Shown in pieces: positions 7,141 through 9,716 of a stretch of DNA of 9,716 nucleotides. Under the pieces are notes generated by a model, which was given only the letters and a program-made list of their open reading frames with translations, was not told where the DNA came from and did no database searches. The DNA comes from a virus (Duplodnaviria > Heunggongvirae > Uroviricota > Caudoviricetes): IMG/VR virus record IMGVR_UViG_3300029504_000019; one strand, given 5' to 3'. Position numbers and translations under genes: made by a program. The number at the start of each line of letters is the position of its first letter. The stretch's first letter is position 1.

Positions 7141-7226
7141 ACGGAGGGGTTGCTGGTAAAGTTAGGTATTGGATCAATGAGTGAGTCAACATAATATTAA
7201 ACTCACAATTATAAATCAGCCATATA

Positions 7227-8684
7227 TTAGGAGCGCCAAAAAAAACCTGAAAACAATATAATAACAGGATAAATTTCAAGGCGACCAAGAATCATAGCTA
7301 TGCACATTAAACATTTTGCAATGTCATTAAGCACTCCGAATGACGATGCAGTAGCCCCAAAACCTAATCCCATATTATTAATACATGCAGCCACTGTTGC
7401 AAATGATGTAAGAAAATCATATCCCATACCATTTAACACCAGTATAAAAAACACCGTGAAGAGAGTATAAAGAAAAAAGAAACTCCATACAGACCTCATT
7501 ACACGATCTGTAACTATCTTCCCTCCTACATTTACACTCAACAACGCTCTGGGATGAGAAAGCTGATTTATCTCGTGTTTGCTTTGTTTGAAAAGTATAA
7601 GAAATCGAAGTGACTTAATTCCACCACAAGTTGAACCTATACATCCCCCAAAGAAACTTGACAACAGCAAAAACACTATCGTGTGCGTGGGCCAACTTGC
7701 ATAATCCTGCGTAGCTAAACCATTATCAGTGAGCATGGAGCTGGCAAGAAAAAACGAATGAATAAAACTTCCATGCAAGTCATACATACCTATATGCCAG
7801 ACCTGGAAAGAGGTAACAATGATCACCCCTAAGGCTATTAACAGAAAGAAACGAAGTTCAATATCTCTGATTAAAGGTTTTATCGTTTTCCTGCTAATAA
7901 CAATATACCAAAGAGTGAAGTTGAAAGCCGATAGCAGGGAAAAAGAACCAGCCACCAGCTCAACCAAATAGTTATTAAAATATCCGATACTCTCGCTATG
8001 AGTTGAGAAACCACCAAGCGAAACTGTGGAAATCCCGTGACAAATAGCATCAAACAAAGGCATTCCTGCAAGTCTATAACAGACAATACAAGCAATACCT
8101 AATAAAGAATAAGTTATCCACAGTGTCCGTGACGTATCGGCCAGGCGGGGAGTGAGTTTGTCATCCTTAAATGGCCCCGGCATTTCTGACTGATAAAGCT
8201 TTGCACCACCAATACCCAATAATGGCAATACAGCAACCGCCAGAACAATAACTCCTAAACCACCTATAAAATTTAACTGTGACCGATAGTACAAATATGC
8301 CCGAGGTAATGAACTAACATCATCAATTACAGTTGCTCCTGTTGTTGTTATTCCAGAAACCCCTTCAAACAGAGCATCAATGAACGTTAAATTAAGTTCT
8401 GAGTCAATCCATAAAGGGAATGCACTAATAACAGAAAACAAAATCCAAAACATTACAATTATAATAAACCCATCACGGGTACGTAATTGAATGCCAGATT
8501 TCTTAGTTGTATACCACGCTCCGCCACCAATGCAAAAAAATATAACGAAAGTTATAAAGAAAACGAACAGGCTTTTTTCTTTATAAAACAATGCTACAAC
8601 CATTGGTGGCAACATTGAAAGACTATAGAGCCAAACCAGGAACCCACACATATGAGTAACAACTCTTACATGAGATGTATTCAT
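7227..8684 (-). CDS. trkG: TrkG/TrkH-family potassium uptake transporter (about 485 aa from the ATG at 8684)
   Basis: Polytopic membrane protein with TrkH/KtrB selectivity-filter-like glycine motifs (GVSGITTTGATV, TVSLGGFSTH, CINNMGLGFG); the sequence from MNTSHVRVVTHMCGFLVWLYSL matches my recollection of E. coli TrkG. The track start at 8702 is a TTG six codons upstream; the ATG at 8684 is preferred. The gene is visibly AT-rich relative to its neighbours. Confidence 0.9.
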   Translation of the reverse strand: MNTSHVRVVTHMCGFLVWLYSLSMLPPMVVALFYKEKSLFVFFITFVIFFCIGGGAWYTTKKSGIQLRTRDGFIIIVMFWILFSVISAFPLWIDSELNLTFIDALFEGVSGITTTGATVIDDVSSLPRAYLYYRSQLNFIGGLGVIVLAVAVLPLLGIGGAKLYQSEMPGPFKDDKLTPRLADTSRTLWITYSLLGIACIVCYRLAGMPLFDAICHGISTVSLGGFSTHSESIGYFNNYLVELVAGSFSLLSAFNFTLWYIVISRKTIKPLIRDIELRFFLLIALGVIIVTSFQVWHIGMYDLHGSFIHSFFLASSMLTDNGLATQDYASWPTHTIVFLLLSSFFGGCIGSTCGGIKSLRFLILFKQSKHEINQLSHPRALLSVNVGGKIVTDRVMRSVWSFFFLYTLFTVFFILVLNGMGYDFLTSFATVAACINNMGLGFGATASSFGVLNDIAKCLMCIAMILGRLEIYPVIILFSGFFWRS

Positions 8685-8685
8685 A

Positions 8686-8760
8686 TCTAAATATTCTTTC
8701 AATTATAACCACCTTGCTGCAATATTATGATTATACTGTATAAAATTTAACTCCTCTTAG
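8686..8760 (-). promoter_or_regulatory. AT-rich region upstream of trkG with candidate sigma70 -10 hexamers (possible autonomous promoter)
   Basis: The 119-bp gap between the Rz stop and trkG carries two perfect TATAAT hexamers on the minus strand (8707..8702 and 8735..8730), but neither has a convincing -35 element at 16-18 bp. Speculative. Confidence 0.25.
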
Positions 8761-8821
8761 ATCTTACTTCACTGTTCCTTATGAAACAATCATCAAAATG
8801 AATCATATTGTAGTTAAGATT

Positions 8822-9286
8822 TTACTTTAAACACTGCTCGGTTATGTATTGCTGAGCACCTTCAAGTTGGGCCTGCATCATTACCAGTCGTTCCCGGAGG
8901 GTGAAATAATCCCGTTCAGCGGTGTCTGCCAGTCGGGGGGAGGCTGCATTATCCACGCCGGAGGCGGTGGTGGCTTCACGCACTGACTGACAGACTGCTT
9001 TGATGTGCAACCGACGACGACCAGCGGCAACATCATCACGCAGAACATCATTTTCAGCTTTCGCATCAGCTAACTCCTTCGTGTATTTTGCATCGAGCGC
9101 AGCAACATCACGCTGACGCATCTGCATGTCAGTAATTGCCGCGTTCGCCAGCTTCAGTTCTCTGGCATTTTTGTCGCGCTGTTCTTTGTAGGCGATGGCG
9201 TTATCACGGTAATGATTAACACCCCATGACAGGCAGACGACGATGCAGATAACCAGAGCGGAGATAATCGCGGTTACTCTGTTCAT
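8822..9286 (-). CDS. Rz: Rz i-spanin (inner-membrane spanin subunit)
   Basis: Near-identical over most of its length to lambda Rz as I recall it ([21 protein letters not shown]...[44 protein letters not shown]...[45 protein letters not shown]...). N-terminal transmembrane helix then coiled coil. The ATG at 9286..9284 overlaps the endolysin stop (TGA 9285..9283) as ATGA; the track start at 9298 is a GTG four codons upstream. Confidence 0.9.
   Translation of the reverse strand: MNRVTAIISALVICIVVCLSWGVNHYRDNAIAYKEQRDKNARELKLANAAITDMQMRQRDVAALDAKYTKELADAKAENDVLRDDVAAGRRRLHIKAVCQSVREATTASGVDNAASPRLADTAERDYFTLRERLVMMQAQLEGAQQYITEQCLK
8881..9066 (-). CDS. Rz1: Rz1 o-spanin (outer-membrane lipoprotein), fully embedded in Rz in the +1 frame
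   Basis: 61-aa ORF (ATG 9066..9064) with a lipobox (LVVVGC), a Pro-rich tract ([19 protein letters not shown]), and the classic embedded-gene arrangement inside Rz. Confidence 0.85.
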   Translation of the reverse strand: MRKLKMMFCVMMLPLVVVGCTSKQSVSQCVKPPPPPAWIMQPPPDWQTPLNGIISPSGNDW

Positions 9287-9716
9287 TGCTGACCCCACAA
9301 ACAGATTTCACGCTCAATCTCACGACGAGTCATGAGACCTTTCCATTGCTTACCGCCAGCATATGTCCAGCGACGTAGCTGATCACATGCGCCTTTGATA
9401 TCGCCCTGGTTTATTTTGCGAAGAAGCGTCGATGTTCTGAAATTGCCAGCACCCACGTTGTAAACGAATGAGTAAAGAGCGCCGCGCGTTGTTTCCGGTA
9501 TATCGACTTTGATGTACGGGTTAATTTGTCTGGCGACCGTGGCAAGGTCTTTATTCAAGAGTGTTTTGCATTCTGCTTTGGTATACGTTTTACCGAGCAT
9601 GATGTCTTTTCCTGTATGCCCGTGACATACAGTCCATACACCAACAATATCTTTGTATGGTATGTAGCTGACACCTTCCAGACCATCGTTACCACTTGGG
9701 CCAGTGATTAACACTG
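9283..9716 (-). CDS. R: Endolysin, T4-lysozyme-type (GH24) of the P21 R / SAR-endolysin kind; 5' end (SAR signal-anchor) lies outside the window
   Basis: The translation (...[36 protein letters not shown]...CLWGQQ) matches my recollection of the P21 R21 SAR endolysin, with the Glu/Asp/Thr catalytic positions (GLEG, YKDIVG, WTVCHG) present. The frame is open to the window edge, and the first track codon is an internal GTG (Val), so the gene is truncated by the window and not biologically. Confidence 0.9.
   Translation of the reverse strand, partial: VLITGPSGNDGLEGVSYIPYKDIVGVWTVCHGHTGKDIMLGKTYTKAECKTLLNKDLATVARQINPYIKVDIPETTRGALYSFVYNVGAGNFRTSTLLRKINQGDIKGACDQLRRWTYAGGKQWKGLMTRREIEREICLWGQQ

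Noticed and set aside
7007-7288. 93-aa minus-strand ORF spanning the trkG 3' end, the intergenic terminator and the ParB-like start
   Set aside because: It crosses two better-supported genes and a hairpin; it is likely a chance ORF in AT-rich sequence.
7880-8095. 71-aa minus-strand ORF inside trkG
   Set aside because: It is an alternative frame of the trkG coding sequence.
8685-8702. Extended trkG N-terminus (MKEYLD...) from the TTG at 8702
   Set aside because: The TTG has no better ribosome-binding site than the downstream ATG at 8684, and the ATG-initiated product matches the TrkG N-terminus as I recall it.
9287-9298. Extended Rz N-terminus (MGSAMNRV...) from the GTG at 9298
   Set aside because: The ATG at 9286 forms the canonical ATGA overlap with the endolysin stop and gives the lambda-like Rz N-terminus; the GTG extension lies inside the endolysin coding sequence.
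9526-9711. Plus-strand 61-aa ORF
   Set aside because: It is antisense to the endolysin gene.
1-9716. CRISPR arrays, tRNA or rRNA genes, integrase or attachment sites, and toxin-antitoxin or other defence modules
   Set aside because: No spacer-repeat periodicity, no tRNA-like structures, and every sizeable ORF is accounted for by lysis, transport, packaging or tail-fiber functions. Absence is by inspection only, without a search.

Overview
The window reads as the late region of a Rac-type lambdoid prophage from an enterobacterium (most likely Escherichia coli), with every supported gene on the minus strand. In transcription order (high to low coordinate) it holds: a P21 R-type SAR endolysin (5' end outside the window), Rz with embedded Rz1, an AT-rich trkG potassium-transporter cargo gene, a ParB-like nuclease-domain gene, a candidate small terminase with a Cys4 motif, the large terminase, a probable portal, a short scar of gene remnants, a 5'-truncated lom, a terminator, and the first 824 codons of a mosaic side tail fiber gene (stf) that runs off the window start. 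No capsid or tail-shaft genes lie between portal and lom, so this appears to be a deletion-decayed prophage that keeps its lysis, packaging and tail-fiber modules. I recognise no CRISPR array, tRNA, IS element or defence system; the most interesting material is the deletion scar, the ParB-like/Cys4 packaging pair and the unassigned domain inside Stf. All protein identifications rest on reading the translations against remembered family sequences, not on a database search. The supplied ORF track omits stf, apparently because it has no stop codon inside the window.
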